From Candidatus Aenigmatarchaeota archaeon (GTDB lineage: Archaea > Aenigmatarchaeota > Aenigmatarchaeia > GW2011-AR5): a stretch of 64,000 nucleotides of DNA. The notes below the pieces were generated by a model. The model worked only from the letters and a program-made list of their open reading frames with translations, was not told the DNA's origin and made no database searches. The stretch covers positions 28,695 to 92,694 of the forward strand of contig JACQID010000007.1 in the NCBI GenBank assembly GCA_016198685.1, given 5' to 3'. Position numbers and translations under genes: made by a program. Below are positions 45,907 to 54,728 of the stretch, one piece after another; position 1 is the first letter of the stretch, and each line of letters opens with the position of its first letter.

Positions 45907-47334
45907 TTAAAAAGCCCGTTTTCTGCTTTCTTCCGCTCTCTTACTATCTTGATTTGAATGGAATATTGCAATTGCCGAGTTGCACATCTCTTCTGTTATT
46001 TTTGGTTTAGAAGAATTGGAATAACCCAAAAATAGATGTAACAATCTGCCTCGTTCTTTTTCATCGTTTCTCACTCCAAGACCCCTATAAGACTCCTTAT
46101 CTAAACTTTTATGAGATGCCTTAGCCATAGCGGATGCGTTAAGTGGGTCATCACCATTACATAGGTCTGGAAGAGCATAAAGTTTTTTTAATCGGTCGGG
46201 AAATCTTCGTAAAACCCCTGCGCTGAATGCCCAACTTGTGATTAATGCCAAGTTGAAAGCCTTTATTTTAAATTCCTTCTTTGCAGTGCCTTTCATTTTA
46301 TCTGCATTTTTGAATTGCATATCATGAAGTTTTGTGAACATTTTTCCGGCTTCTATTAATTCTGCATCATTAAAACCGCCGGATGACTTGAATTTATTGA
46401 AATATTTCATATATTCCGAGTCTATGTCTCTGCCAGATTTGCATAGAAAAGGAATTTCAGAATCACGGTCTATATCACCTTTATATTCCCGCCCCCTGAA
46501 GAAATTAACAACAAAACTCCTCACCATTCTTACTGTTGGGCTAAACTCGTCATCATACCTTCTTTTGTCACCAAAATTTTCATCCTTTTTCAAAATGCCC
46601 GTTTCTTGTGCAAACTTTTTAAGATTTGGGGGCAAAATTTCTTCTCTCAATCTATCCCGCAAGTCTGGTGCGACATTAATATTTGTATTTGCTATTCGCA
46701 TTACGTCTTCTCTTTGTATTTTGTCAAGATTAAAATAAACTTTGAGCTGGTGAATGGCATTTATTTTTCCTTTTAGGGCTTCTTTGATTGCTTCGTATCT
46801 ATGTTGACCGCCCAATATTTTAAGTGGTTTGCTCCCACCGTCTTTATTATAAAATTCTATAACCATATCAGAAAATGGTCTACCTTCTTTTGCATCTTCT
46901 ACCATTTGTTCAAAATAATAATTATCACTTTCTAATTCTCTATTCGCCCTATTTGCTTCTTCCGATTCTGGAGTCATTTTGGCATCGGGGTCGCTTAGTT
47001 TTATGAAATCTTCTGATATGATATGGCATTCCGTATAGAATGCCCCAGATTTGCCATCCCTTAGTATAACCAACGGCAGAAGCCATCTTTTCTCGCAAAC
47101 AGGAATTTGTTTTCTAAATTCTGCAATTTCACTTAGAGTGTCCGCAGAAATTTCCATTTCACTCATAATTTCTTTTGATTCTATCAAAGGCTTGATGCCT
47201 CGTAGGATTAGTTCTTCTACTGCTTGATTATTATTTTTCAGCCCCCGTTCTAATTTATATAGCACAACCTTATTCCAAAGTTCATCTGTTGTTGATAATT
47301 GTAACTTTGTGGATGTTTGTTTGTTATCTTCCAT
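45907..47334 (-). CDS. RHH plus DGQHR/DndB(ParB-like)-domain protein (transposon cargo)
   Basis: N-terminal RHH-like KLQLSTTDELWNKV...NQAVEELI; core KILGGQHRYEAI (DGQHR variant) preceded by NRANREL and followed by MRIANTN. Start trimmed to the ATG at 47334. Confidence 0.7.
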   Translation of the reverse strand: MEDNKQTSTKLQLSTTDELWNKVVLYKLERGLKNNNQAVEELILRGIKPLIESKEIMSEMEISADTLSEIAEFRKQIPVCEKRWLLPLVILRDGKSGAFYTECHIISEDFIKLSDPDAKMTPESEEANRANRELESDNYYFEQMVEDAKEGRPFSDMVIEFYNKDGGSKPLKILGGQHRYEAIKEALKGKINAIHQLKVYFNLDKIQREDVMRIANTNINVAPDLRDRLREEILPPNLKKFAQETGILKKDENFGDKRRYDDEFSPTVRMVRSFVVNFFRGREYKGDIDRDSEIPFLCKSGRDIDSEYMKYFNKFKSSGGFNDAELIEAGKMFTKLHDMQFKNADKMKGTAKKEFKIKAFNLALITSWAFSAGVLRRFPDRLKKLYALPDLCNGDDPLNASAMAKASHKSLDKESYRGLGVRNDEKERGRLLHLFLGYSNSSKPKITEEMCNSAIAIFHSNQDSKRAEESRKRAF

Positions 47335-47338
47335 AGTT

Positions 47339-47460
47339 ATCAATGTAAGCTAATATATTTAAAACTTTCTATTTCTATTGATAATCATTGATTTATATCA
47401 ATAGATATCTTTAAATAATTTTATAATAATACTCATTGATAAATATTGATAATTGTTGAT
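47339..47460. promoter_or_regulatory. Helically phased TTGAT repeats in the divergent cargo/transposase promoter
   Basis: ATTGAT at 47377, 47387, 47435 and 47445; GTTGAT at 47455; inverted ATCAAT at 47339 and 47397. Confidence 0.55.
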
Positions 47461-47464
47461 AGAT

Positions 47465-48673
47465 ATGGAAGAAACAAATTTAAGAAAAATAAAAGGCGAA
47501 CAGATAGCGCAGACCTGCCGAATAATGCGCCGAGAAAGAGGCGGTTACATAGTCCCGTCCCAAAGCGGAACGGGGGCTTACATCGTGAAGTATGTCAATT
47601 TCCAGCCCATATGCGAATGCAAGGATTATGAAACCAGACAAGTTAAATGTAAACATGCTTGGGCTTTGGAGCTAATACTCAACAAGCAGACCAACACGGA
47701 TGGCTCGGAAACGATAACAAAGACCATGAAGGTAACCTACGGGCAGGATTGGTCTGCCTACAATCAGGCACAGGGCAAGGAAAAGGCTCTTTTCCAGAAG
47801 CTGCTTTTTGACCTTTGCGAAAGCATAGACAACCCGAAGAATGAGGGTAGGGGCAAACCGCTTATGCCTCTTTCGGATATGGTTTTCACTTCGGCTCTGA
47901 AAGTTTATACCACGTTCTCTTTGCGAAGGTTTACTACGGACATGAGGGAAGCAAAGGAAAATCAGTATATAGAAGATGTATGTTCCTATTCCACGATTAG
48001 CAATTATATGAGAAAGCCCGAATTAACGCCTCTTCTCATAGACTTAATTCTGAAGTCCGCAAGACCACTAAAGGCGATAGAAACGGATTTTGCCGTTGAT
48101 AGTAGCGGGTTCGGAACGTCCCGCTTCCAGAGATGGTTTTCCTTCAAATATGGCAAGGAAATAGACAGCCGAATATGGCTAAAGGCTCACCTGATTTCTG
48201 GCGTTAAGACAAACATAGTAACGGGCGTTAAAGTAACGGAAGCCTACTCGCATGACAGTAAAGAGTTTAGCGACCTCGTGAACACTACGGCACGGACTTT
48301 TGAGATAAACGAAGTTTCTGCGGATAAAGCCTATTCGTCCCGTGATAATCTGGAAGCCGTGAATGATGTGGGCGGAACGGCATATATCCCGTTCAAGTCC
48401 AACACAACGGGAAAAGCTGGCGGTTCTAAACTCTGGAAGAAGCTTTACGGCTTCTATACGTTCAATCGGGAAGACTTCTTACAGCACTATCACAAGCGTT
48501 CAAACAGCGAGACGGTCTTCCACATGGTCAAAAGCAAGTTTGGCGAAGCCGTCAGAAGCAAGGAATGGACGGCACAGATAAACGAGGTTCTGCTGAAAGT
48601 CCTTTGCCATAATATCTGCGTGGTTATACAGGAGATGCACGAATTAGATATAAAAGTGGATTACAGCGTATAA
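47465..48673 (+). CDS. DDE transposase with N-terminal SWIM zinc finger
   Basis: CECKD...CKH SWIM motif; catalytic AVDSSG, SADKAY and Y-x2-R-x3-E-x6-K (YHKRSNSETVFHMVK). Confidence 0.92.
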   Translation: MEETNLRKIKGEQIAQTCRIMRRERGGYIVPSQSGTGAYIVKYVNFQPICECKDYETRQVKCKHAWALELILNKQTNTDGSETITKTMKVTYGQDWSAYNQAQGKEKALFQKLLFDLCESIDNPKNEGRGKPLMPLSDMVFTSALKVYTTFSLRRFTTDMREAKENQYIEDVCSYSTISNYMRKPELTPLLIDLILKSARPLKAIETDFAVDSSGFGTSRFQRWFSFKYGKEIDSRIWLKAHLISGVKTNIVTGVKVTEAYSHDSKEFSDLVNTTARTFEINEVSADKAYSSRDNLEAVNDVGGTAYIPFKSNTTGKAGGSKLWKKLYGFYTFNREDFLQHYHKRSNSETVFHMVKSKFGEAVRSKEWTAQINEVLLKVLCHNICVVIQEMHELDIKVDYSV

Positions 48674-48973
48674 ACCCAGAATTAAAGCCAAAATATAGGC
48701 TTTGTATACCCACAATATTTTAATTCCGTGATGTTTCGCATTTAAATAAAATTTATCTAAAACTTTAGGTAACATCTGCACAGTTAAAACTGTCACAAAA
48801 GCTATGAATATGAATAGGGAAGCTACTTCCACCATTAAGCTTCCATTAGGAAAAATAGTTTTTAGAACGTCTGGGAGACTTGTAATAGAAAACCCTAACA
48901 AGATACCAAATATGAATGGTTTCATTTTGTCTACTTCTTTATTTGCCTGATTACGTTGTTCCGCTTCATCCAT
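48644..48973 (-). CDS. Small three-TM membrane protein (transposon cargo)
   Basis: AT-rich ORF with three hydrophobic segments, inside the right TIR and converging on the transposase. Start trimmed to MDEAEQ. Confidence 0.55.
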   Translation of the reverse strand: MDEAEQRNQANKEVDKMKPFIFGILLGFSITSLPDVLKTIFPNGSLMVEVASLFIFIAFVTVLTVQMLPKVLDKFYLNAKHHGIKILWVYKAYILALILGLYAVIHFYI

Positions 48974-49044
48974 ATCCACTTCTTTTAAGTGGATGTTTAA
49001 ATAAAGATGAAAGTGTTTAATAAAAGGGTTATTTAAACAAAGCC

Positions 49045-49053
49045 TTGTAACGT
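49045..49053 (+). repeat. Target-site duplication, right (TTGTAACGT)
   Basis: Identical to 45350-45358. Confidence 0.92.
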
Positions 49054-49088
49054 GCAACTTTTATATACGCCGGACAGAAAGTATACCA

Positions 49089-51299
49089 ATGAAAGGTATA
49101 TCGCCGGTAATAGCTATAATACTACTGCTTTTGATAACGATATCAATTATCGGCTTCACATCAGTATTCTTCCAGCAAACCGTGCAAACAAGCGGGGAAC
49201 AAGCACAAGAAAGCCTGAACGAAAGATCAGACACGCTCCTCCAAACAGCAGAAATCATCGACGCAACAAACAATAAAGTCACAATCAAAAACGTAGGCGG
49301 CGCCCCCATAAGCATTGACAACGTCAAGATATTCCTTGACGGCGAGCCAGTAACAGCAACACCAATCGATGGCGCTAGCGACATCGCTCCCGGCGCTGTC
49401 AAGACCTTCGACATCACGATTCCCCCAGGAACCGGCGAGAGAAAACTAACCATTTCCGTTCCGGGAAGCATACGAGAAAAAACATTACAATTAGATGCTG
49501 GAACAACAGAACTAATCTCCACGAATGAAAACACTGTCACACTCAAGAATACTGGCGTTGCGCCCATTCAAAAATCCGACATAAATATGGAACTCGACAC
49601 AGCATCAGTCTCATTCAGCGGGCCCGATACTCTAGGCATAGGAGCCACTGAAACCTATACCATAGATGTTGGAAGCCTTTCTCCAGGAACAACAAGGCAA
49701 CTGGAAATAAACACGCCCGCAAGTCTTCACAGCGCAACCGTGGAAATTAATATCGGCACTATAAGCATTGAGACCATAACAGGAAATAAACTCTCTGTCA
49801 AGAACACGGGACTTACCCAAGTAAGCAAAAGCCAGCTTACACTAACCGTGGCGGGACAAGCTGCAACGTTCAGTGGACCCGCCCAGATTGAGCCCGACGA
49901 GACCGTGGAATATGCTGTGAATGAAATAGAAATTCTTGGAAGAGAAGGGTTAGGCGGCGCTTTGTCCCTTCAATCCCCAGCAACCACAATAAATGATAAC
50001 GCAGCATTCGATTACTCCTCAACAACCAAGGGCTACTGGAAATTTGATGACCTAGATCAAGGCACGACAATAAAAGATTCATCCGGCAATAACATGCACG
50101 GAACTTTTGTCGGGGCGACCTATAACGGTATCATTGATATGGCGATCGGAAGCGTGACAGCATCCGGGAAATACGGTAAAGGTCTTTCGATAAGCGCAAG
50201 CGGATCCAGTCCTTCTGCAATGAATTCGGGCAATCCGTCAGCCCTCGGATTTGGCACAGGAAGCTTCTCCTACGGGCTTTGGATGAAACAAAACGGCGGC
50301 GCTGGCGACCCAATATTTAAAGGCGGAACTTCCGCAGGGACGAGAGGGTTCGATATTGAGGTATTTAGCGGCGGAACGGCGGTGGCGGATATTTCGGACG
50401 GAAGCATCATTCTGAATGCGGGCAGCGGAACGGTAGTTACCGATAACTCTTGGCATCATATTTTTGTCGTCGTGGACAGAAGTGGCGTCATAAGTGCCAC
50501 ACCTAAACTGTATATTTTTATAGATGGCGTCCAGAAGGGTGCGACAAACATACCGGCAGCCTTCGGGAGCGTGACATCTTCCTCGAATCTGAATTTTCCA
50601 AGAAGCGGGGACGGCTTCTTAGGAGTCATAGATGAGGCTCGTTTTTACGGACGCGCACTCACGGCTGCTGAAGTATTGACTGACATGAATTCGGTGTATC
50701 CGTTGCAGGGCGTTGCAGTATCATATTCATTTGAGAGCGTAGCTGGCAACACGGCACATGATACCCATTTTATCGTGAGGGGAAAGAACGATGCCCTGTC
50801 CGATCCTGACGGTGCGCTGCAACTGAAAGGGGGAAGCGATTATGTGCTAATAAACGACAATGCCGGCCTGCGGGGGATGGGCGAACTGACGATGTCGGTA
50901 CTTGCCAATCCTTCGGCGATGGCATCAGGATATAACGGTAGAATAATCTCGACGTCTTCCCCCGGAAACTACGATTGGTATTTGCAAACCAGCAACCAAA
51001 AAGTAGTTTTTTCAGTTTCAAACTCGGCATCGCCTTCTGTAGGAGCAGGACTGACCACATCAGGCGCTTACATAATAAATTCATGGAATCACCTGTTGTG
51101 TGTTTATAATAAAAATATCGGTTCGGACAACATGAGATGCTACATAGGCGGATCCGTTGATCCAGTGACTGCGACGCAGGTTCTCAATGTAAGAAATGCG
51201 GCCACCCCGGTAAGGCTGGGGTCCTATTCGGGGTCAGGCTCCATGATGGGGCTTTTTGATGAAATCCGGATAATGGACAAGGCGGCTTCTGCCGATTAG
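49089..51299 (+). CDS. Large pilin-like adhesin: class III signal, three tandem beta-sandwich repeats and two LamG domains
   Basis: MKG|ISPVIA signal; repeats TIKNVG/TLKNTG/SVKNTG; LamG motifs YWKFDD, WHHIFV, IDEARFY, WNHLL and FDEIRI. Confidence 0.85.
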   Translation: MKGISPVIAIILLLLITISIIGFTSVFFQQTVQTSGEQAQESLNERSDTLLQTAEIIDATNNKVTIKNVGGAPISIDNVKIFLDGEPVTATPIDGASDIAPGAVKTFDITIPPGTGERKLTISVPGSIREKTLQLDAGTTELISTNENTVTLKNTGVAPIQKSDINMELDTASVSFSGPDTLGIGATETYTIDVGSLSPGTTRQLEINTPASLHSATVEINIGTISIETITGNKLSVKNTGLTQVSKSQLTLTVAGQAATFSGPAQIEPDETVEYAVNEIEILGREGLGGALSLQSPATTINDNAAFDYSSTTKGYWKFDDLDQGTTIKDSSGNNMHGTFVGATYNGIIDMAIGSVTASGKYGKGLSISASGSSPSAMNSGNPSALGFGTGSFSYGLWMKQNGGAGDPIFKGGTSAGTRGFDIEVFSGGTAVADISDGSIILNAGSGTVVTDNSWHHIFVVVDRSGVISATPKLYIFIDGVQKGATNIPAAFGSVTSSSNLNFPRSGDGFLGVIDEARFYGRALTAAEVLTDMNSVYPLQGVAVSYSFESVAGNTAHDTHFIVRGKNDALSDPDGALQLKGGSDYVLINDNAGLRGMGELTMSVLANPSAMASGYNGRIISTSSPGNYDWYLQTSNQKVVFSVSNSASPSVGAGLTTSGAYIINSWNHLLCVYNKNIGSDNMRCYIGGSVDPVTATQVLNVRNAATPVRLGSYSGSGSMMGLFDEIRIMDKAASAD

Positions 51300-52018
51300 A
51301 TTTTTCTTGCTGCTGTTATGAAGCCCGTGTGCGCCATCTGCATGTATCTTGGGTGCGTAAACCCGCGGGTGTCAAATTTCCAGTCGCGCTGCATTGTCTC
51401 TATGGTGCGCATTTCCATGCCTAGTTTTTCCATTTCCTTGATGCATTTCATTTGTTGTTCGACATGGGGAGAGTAAACGCACAACCAGCCTCCGTCTTTG
51501 AGGGCAGAAAAACATTTCTTTATCATTTTTTCAGAGTCAATCATATCAAGGGTTATGAGATCAAGATTCTTTTCAGGAAACCCACTGAGTATATTTTTGT
51601 TCTTGACTTTCAGGTTTGGCAACCCGAAGAGACGGGCGTTCTTGTTTATTTTCTCCACGAACTCCTTGTTGCGTTCATATGCTGTGACTGTCCCGGGCTT
51701 GACAATATTTGCGATGAATAATGACAAGAAGCCCGAGCCTCCGCCCGCATCAACGCAGTTCCAGCCCTGCTCTGCGCCTGTCAGGGCAACAATTTGGGCG
51801 GCATCCTTTTGGGTTACAATCTGAGGCCCGCGTTTGGCTTTCCCAAACAAATCAGGCAAAGCAGGCTTGAGCACCCTGAACATATGACCTGACGAGGATT
51901 TTATTTTCTGGCCGTACTTCTTGATTTTTGTCAGGTCGACCTTGCCGTATTCAGAATTGAAATTTTTTTGCTCCGTATCCATTATGAAGCGCTTTTCGCC
52001 CGCCAAGAGGACTATCAT
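51296..52018 (-). CDS. trmI: tRNA (adenine-57/58-N1)-methyltransferase
   Basis: RGPQIVTQKDAAQI, VDAGGGSGFLS, AYE, ITLDM and HTGFIT. Confidence 0.9.
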   Translation of the reverse strand: MIVLLAGEKRFIMDTEQKNFNSEYGKVDLTKIKKYGQKIKSSSGHMFRVLKPALPDLFGKAKRGPQIVTQKDAAQIVALTGAEQGWNCVDAGGGSGFLSLFIANIVKPGTVTAYERNKEFVEKINKNARLFGLPNLKVKNKNILSGFPEKNLDLITLDMIDSEKMIKKCFSALKDGGWLCVYSPHVEQQMKCIKEMEKLGMEMRTIETMQRDWKFDTRGFTHPRYMQMAHTGFITAARKI

Positions 52019-52722
52019 TTCCCGAACCTTCTTTGACGTTTTTCATATTCTTGCAGGAACTGTTCAAAGTCTTTCCTGGTTAGTTCAGGCCATTTCTTTT
52101 CCGTGAAGACAAGTTCGGAATATGCTGATTGAAAGGACAGAAAATTGCTAAGTCTCTGCTCGCCTCCGGAACGGATAATTACATCCGGGTACGGGCAGCC
52201 GTTCGTATAGAGGTGCCCTTCCAATACTTTCTCGTCAATATCTGACGGGCTTAATTGGCCCCTAATGCACTCTTCTGCGATTTTCCTTGCGGCATCTGCG
52301 ATTTCCTGCTGGCCGCCATAAGCCACGGCAAGATTCAGTATATGCCTCTTATAGCCGGCAGTTGCTTTTTGCACGTCATTCATAAGCTTCTGCAAGCTTT
52401 CGGGAAGCAGCGTAATCCTGCCTATGAATCTTGTCTGGACTTTCCGTTTGTGAATCACATGGCTCTTATTTTTCAGTATTTCTTCCATTTCCTTGGCAAG
52501 ATTGCTGAGTATAAATTTCAGTTCCTTCTTCGGGCGCGTGTCCAGGTTCTCGATCGACAAGGTATAAGCTGTCATGTATTTGATGCCGCGTTCGCATGCC
52601 CATTCCACTACTTCCCTGGCTTTTTCGAGGCCGTAAAGATGGCCTTCCCAAGGCTTTTTGAGAAGCTGTCTCGCAAATCGCCTGTTGCCGTCAAGAATCA
52701 TGCCTATATGATTTGGAAGCAT
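52015..52722 (-). CDS. uppS: cis-Polyprenyl diphosphate synthase
   Basis: HIGMILDGNRR, LSIEN, YGGQQEI and PDVIIRSGGEQRLSNFL. Confidence 0.95.
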   Translation of the reverse strand: MLPNHIGMILDGNRRFARQLLKKPWEGHLYGLEKAREVVEWACERGIKYMTAYTLSIENLDTRPKKELKFILSNLAKEMEEILKNKSHVIHKRKVQTRFIGRITLLPESLQKLMNDVQKATAGYKRHILNLAVAYGGQQEIADAARKIAEECIRGQLSPSDIDEKVLEGHLYTNGCPYPDVIIRSGGEQRLSNFLSFQSAYSELVFTEKKWPELTRKDFEQFLQEYEKRQRRFGK

Positions 52723-52891
52723 GTAATAACCTTTTTCCTACGCTTTTATGCCTTATTAGACCCCTAGCCAATTTATTTAATGCTGCAGCTAATGTACAAA
52801 TCTTTATAATATATCTCTTTCACTATATAATTGTCAGAATGAGATATATATAACTTAGGCCGTATAGTGAAACGGCAGGTGTGATTTTCAA

Positions 52892-53692
52892 ATGCTGGAA
52901 CTTCTGCTGCTTGCGTTTATCGGATCAGCAGCAGCAGGCTTATGGGATTTGCGCACAACAGAAGTACCCGATGAAATACCCATTCTCATGAGTGCCATAG
53001 GGTTGTTTTACTGGTTCATGGCGGCACTCATCGCAGAAGATATATACCCTTTCATGCTTTCGCTATGCTCGGGCCTGGCAATTCTTGTTCCGGGCTTGAT
53101 CTTATACAAACACGGGAAATGGGGAGCGGCTGATGCATGGGTTCCGGCGTCCGTAATGTTTGTATTGCCTGCATATAACGGCCAGCCTTTACTTGTCAAT
53201 TACATTCTGAACTTCTTTGTTGTGAGTTCGGTATACATGATAATCTATTCGCTGATACTTGGAATCAGGAATAGACGGGTTTTTTCTCTTTTTGTCAAAG
53301 ATATCATAAGCAATAGATGGGCTAAAATAATCTTATTGGCATATGCAGGCGTGATAGGCGTATTAGCTTACATTTTCATGCAGAAAGCTACAAGCGTTAC
53401 GCCGCTGCTTATATCTTATCTTACGGTTGTTTTTGTCGTTGCCTTCTGGAGATATGCGACAGTTGTAGAAAGCAATGTGTTCAGGAAGACTATTAACGCA
53501 GGTGACGTCAAGGAAGGCGATGTACTGGAAGACATGATATGGATAGGCCTGACAAAAAACCAGGCAGAAGATATCCGAAGGAAGGGAGGGAAAGTCGTGA
53601 TAAAAGAGGGCGTGCGGTTTGTTCCGGTTTTCCCAATAACACTTCTGATAACAGTGCTCTATGGAAACCTTCTTTTTTATCTCTTCTTATGA
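52892..53692 (+). CDS. Prepilin/preflagellin peptidase (A24, PibD/FlaK-like)
   Basis: LWDLRTTEVPD (first Asp), WGAADA (GxGD-type second Asp) and C-terminal VRFVPVF. Confidence 0.85.
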   Translation: MLELLLLAFIGSAAAGLWDLRTTEVPDEIPILMSAIGLFYWFMAALIAEDIYPFMLSLCSGLAILVPGLILYKHGKWGAADAWVPASVMFVLPAYNGQPLLVNYILNFFVVSSVYMIIYSLILGIRNRRVFSLFVKDIISNRWAKIILLAYAGVIGVLAYIFMQKATSVTPLLISYLTVVFVVAFWRYATVVESNVFRKTINAGDVKEGDVLEDMIWIGLTKNQAEDIRRKGGKVVIKEGVRFVPVFPITLLITVLYGNLLFYLFL

Positions 53693-53714
53693 GAAGTACT
53701 ATGAGGTTGGCTGG

Positions 53715-54728
53715 ATGATGATAAAATTCCCATACAGGGTCCTGATAGGAAACTCCCCCGAAGGGGAGATAGGCGGAATGCTCGGGGAGATGCGCTTTGG
53801 AAAAAAGGGCGCTATAATAACGGACAATAATATGAAAAAGCTTATCGGCGGCAAAGTTGCAGATATCACAGGCGCGGAAATTATAATCGTGGATTCTCTG
53901 GAAATGGAAATGCTCAAAAAATTATCATTGTTGCTCAAAACAAAGGATTACGTTATGGGAATAGGGGGCGGACGGTCAATAGATGCGGCCAAATACGCTG
54001 CTCATCTTGCAGGCAAGCCCTGGATAGCATTCCCTACGGTATTAAGTCATGACGGCGTTGTCTCTTCTCGCGCATCGATAAATTCCGGCACATCAAAGGT
54101 ATCAGTAGAAGCTTCCGAACCTTCTGCCATAATCGCGGACATGGATATATTGACCAAGGCACCCTACCGGCATATGGCAGCCGGGGCAGGTGATGTCATC
54201 TCAAATATCTCGGCTGTCGAGGATTGGAAAATAGCTGATAAAGCCGGAAAGGAGAAATACCATACCGTCATGGGCGAACTTGCGCTTCTTTCAGTAAAGG
54301 CCGTGAAAGAGAACGTAGATGATATAAAGAAACGAAACAGGCACGGCATGGAAATGCTTCTCTGGGGCCTGATATCATCGGGCTTTGCCATGAATATATA
54401 CGGTTCATCCCGGCCTGCATCAGGAAGCGAGCATAACATATCGCATATGCTTGATGCCATGGGAAGTACGGCATTGCACGGCGAACAGGTGGCGCTTGCG
54501 ACTATAGTCACGGTTCATCTTCAGGGAGGGGACTGGAAACCCATAAAAAAGCTTATGCTTGATATAGGATTGCCGACAACGGCTAAAGAATTGAGCATAG
54601 ACAGAGGCACGATGATAAAGGCTCTGGCATCTGCAAAAGCAGTGCGCGAGAGATATACAGTGCTTAATGAAGTGAATCTAAACCAGGCAAAGGCGGAAAA
54701 GGCGCTTGCAGATTGCGGGATAATATGA
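53715..54728 (+). CDS. egsA: sn-glycerol-1-phosphate dehydrogenase
   Basis: GIGGGRSIDAAKY, PTVLSHDG, SRPASGSEH and LHGEQV. Confidence 0.93.
   Translation: MMIKFPYRVLIGNSPEGEIGGMLGEMRFGKKGAIITDNNMKKLIGGKVADITGAEIIIVDSLEMEMLKKLSLLLKTKDYVMGIGGGRSIDAAKYAAHLAGKPWIAFPTVLSHDGVVSSRASINSGTSKVSVEASEPSAIIADMDILTKAPYRHMAAGAGDVISNISAVEDWKIADKAGKEKYHTVMGELALLSVKAVKENVDDIKKRNRHGMEMLLWGLISSGFAMNIYGSSRPASGSEHNISHMLDAMGSTALHGEQVALATIVTVHLQGGDWKPIKKLMLDIGLPTTAKELSIDRGTMIKALASAKAVRERYTVLNEVNLNQAKAEKALADCGII

Larger units (their letters stand above)
45359..49044. mobile_element. Complete 3,686-bp IS5-family (IS903-like) transposon with passenger genes
   Basis: Perfect 16-bp TIRs GGCTTTGTTTAAATAA (45359-45374) and TTATTTAAACAAAGCC (49029-49044), a 9-bp TSD, a DDE transposase and visibly AT-rich cargo. 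The ends resemble IS903 (GGCTTTGTTGAATAAATC, 9-bp TSD). Confidence 0.92.

Noticed and set aside
45907-47334. A complete Dnd phosphorothioation system
   Set aside because: Only a DGQHR-like protein is present; there are no dndA/C/D/E or pbe genes in the window.
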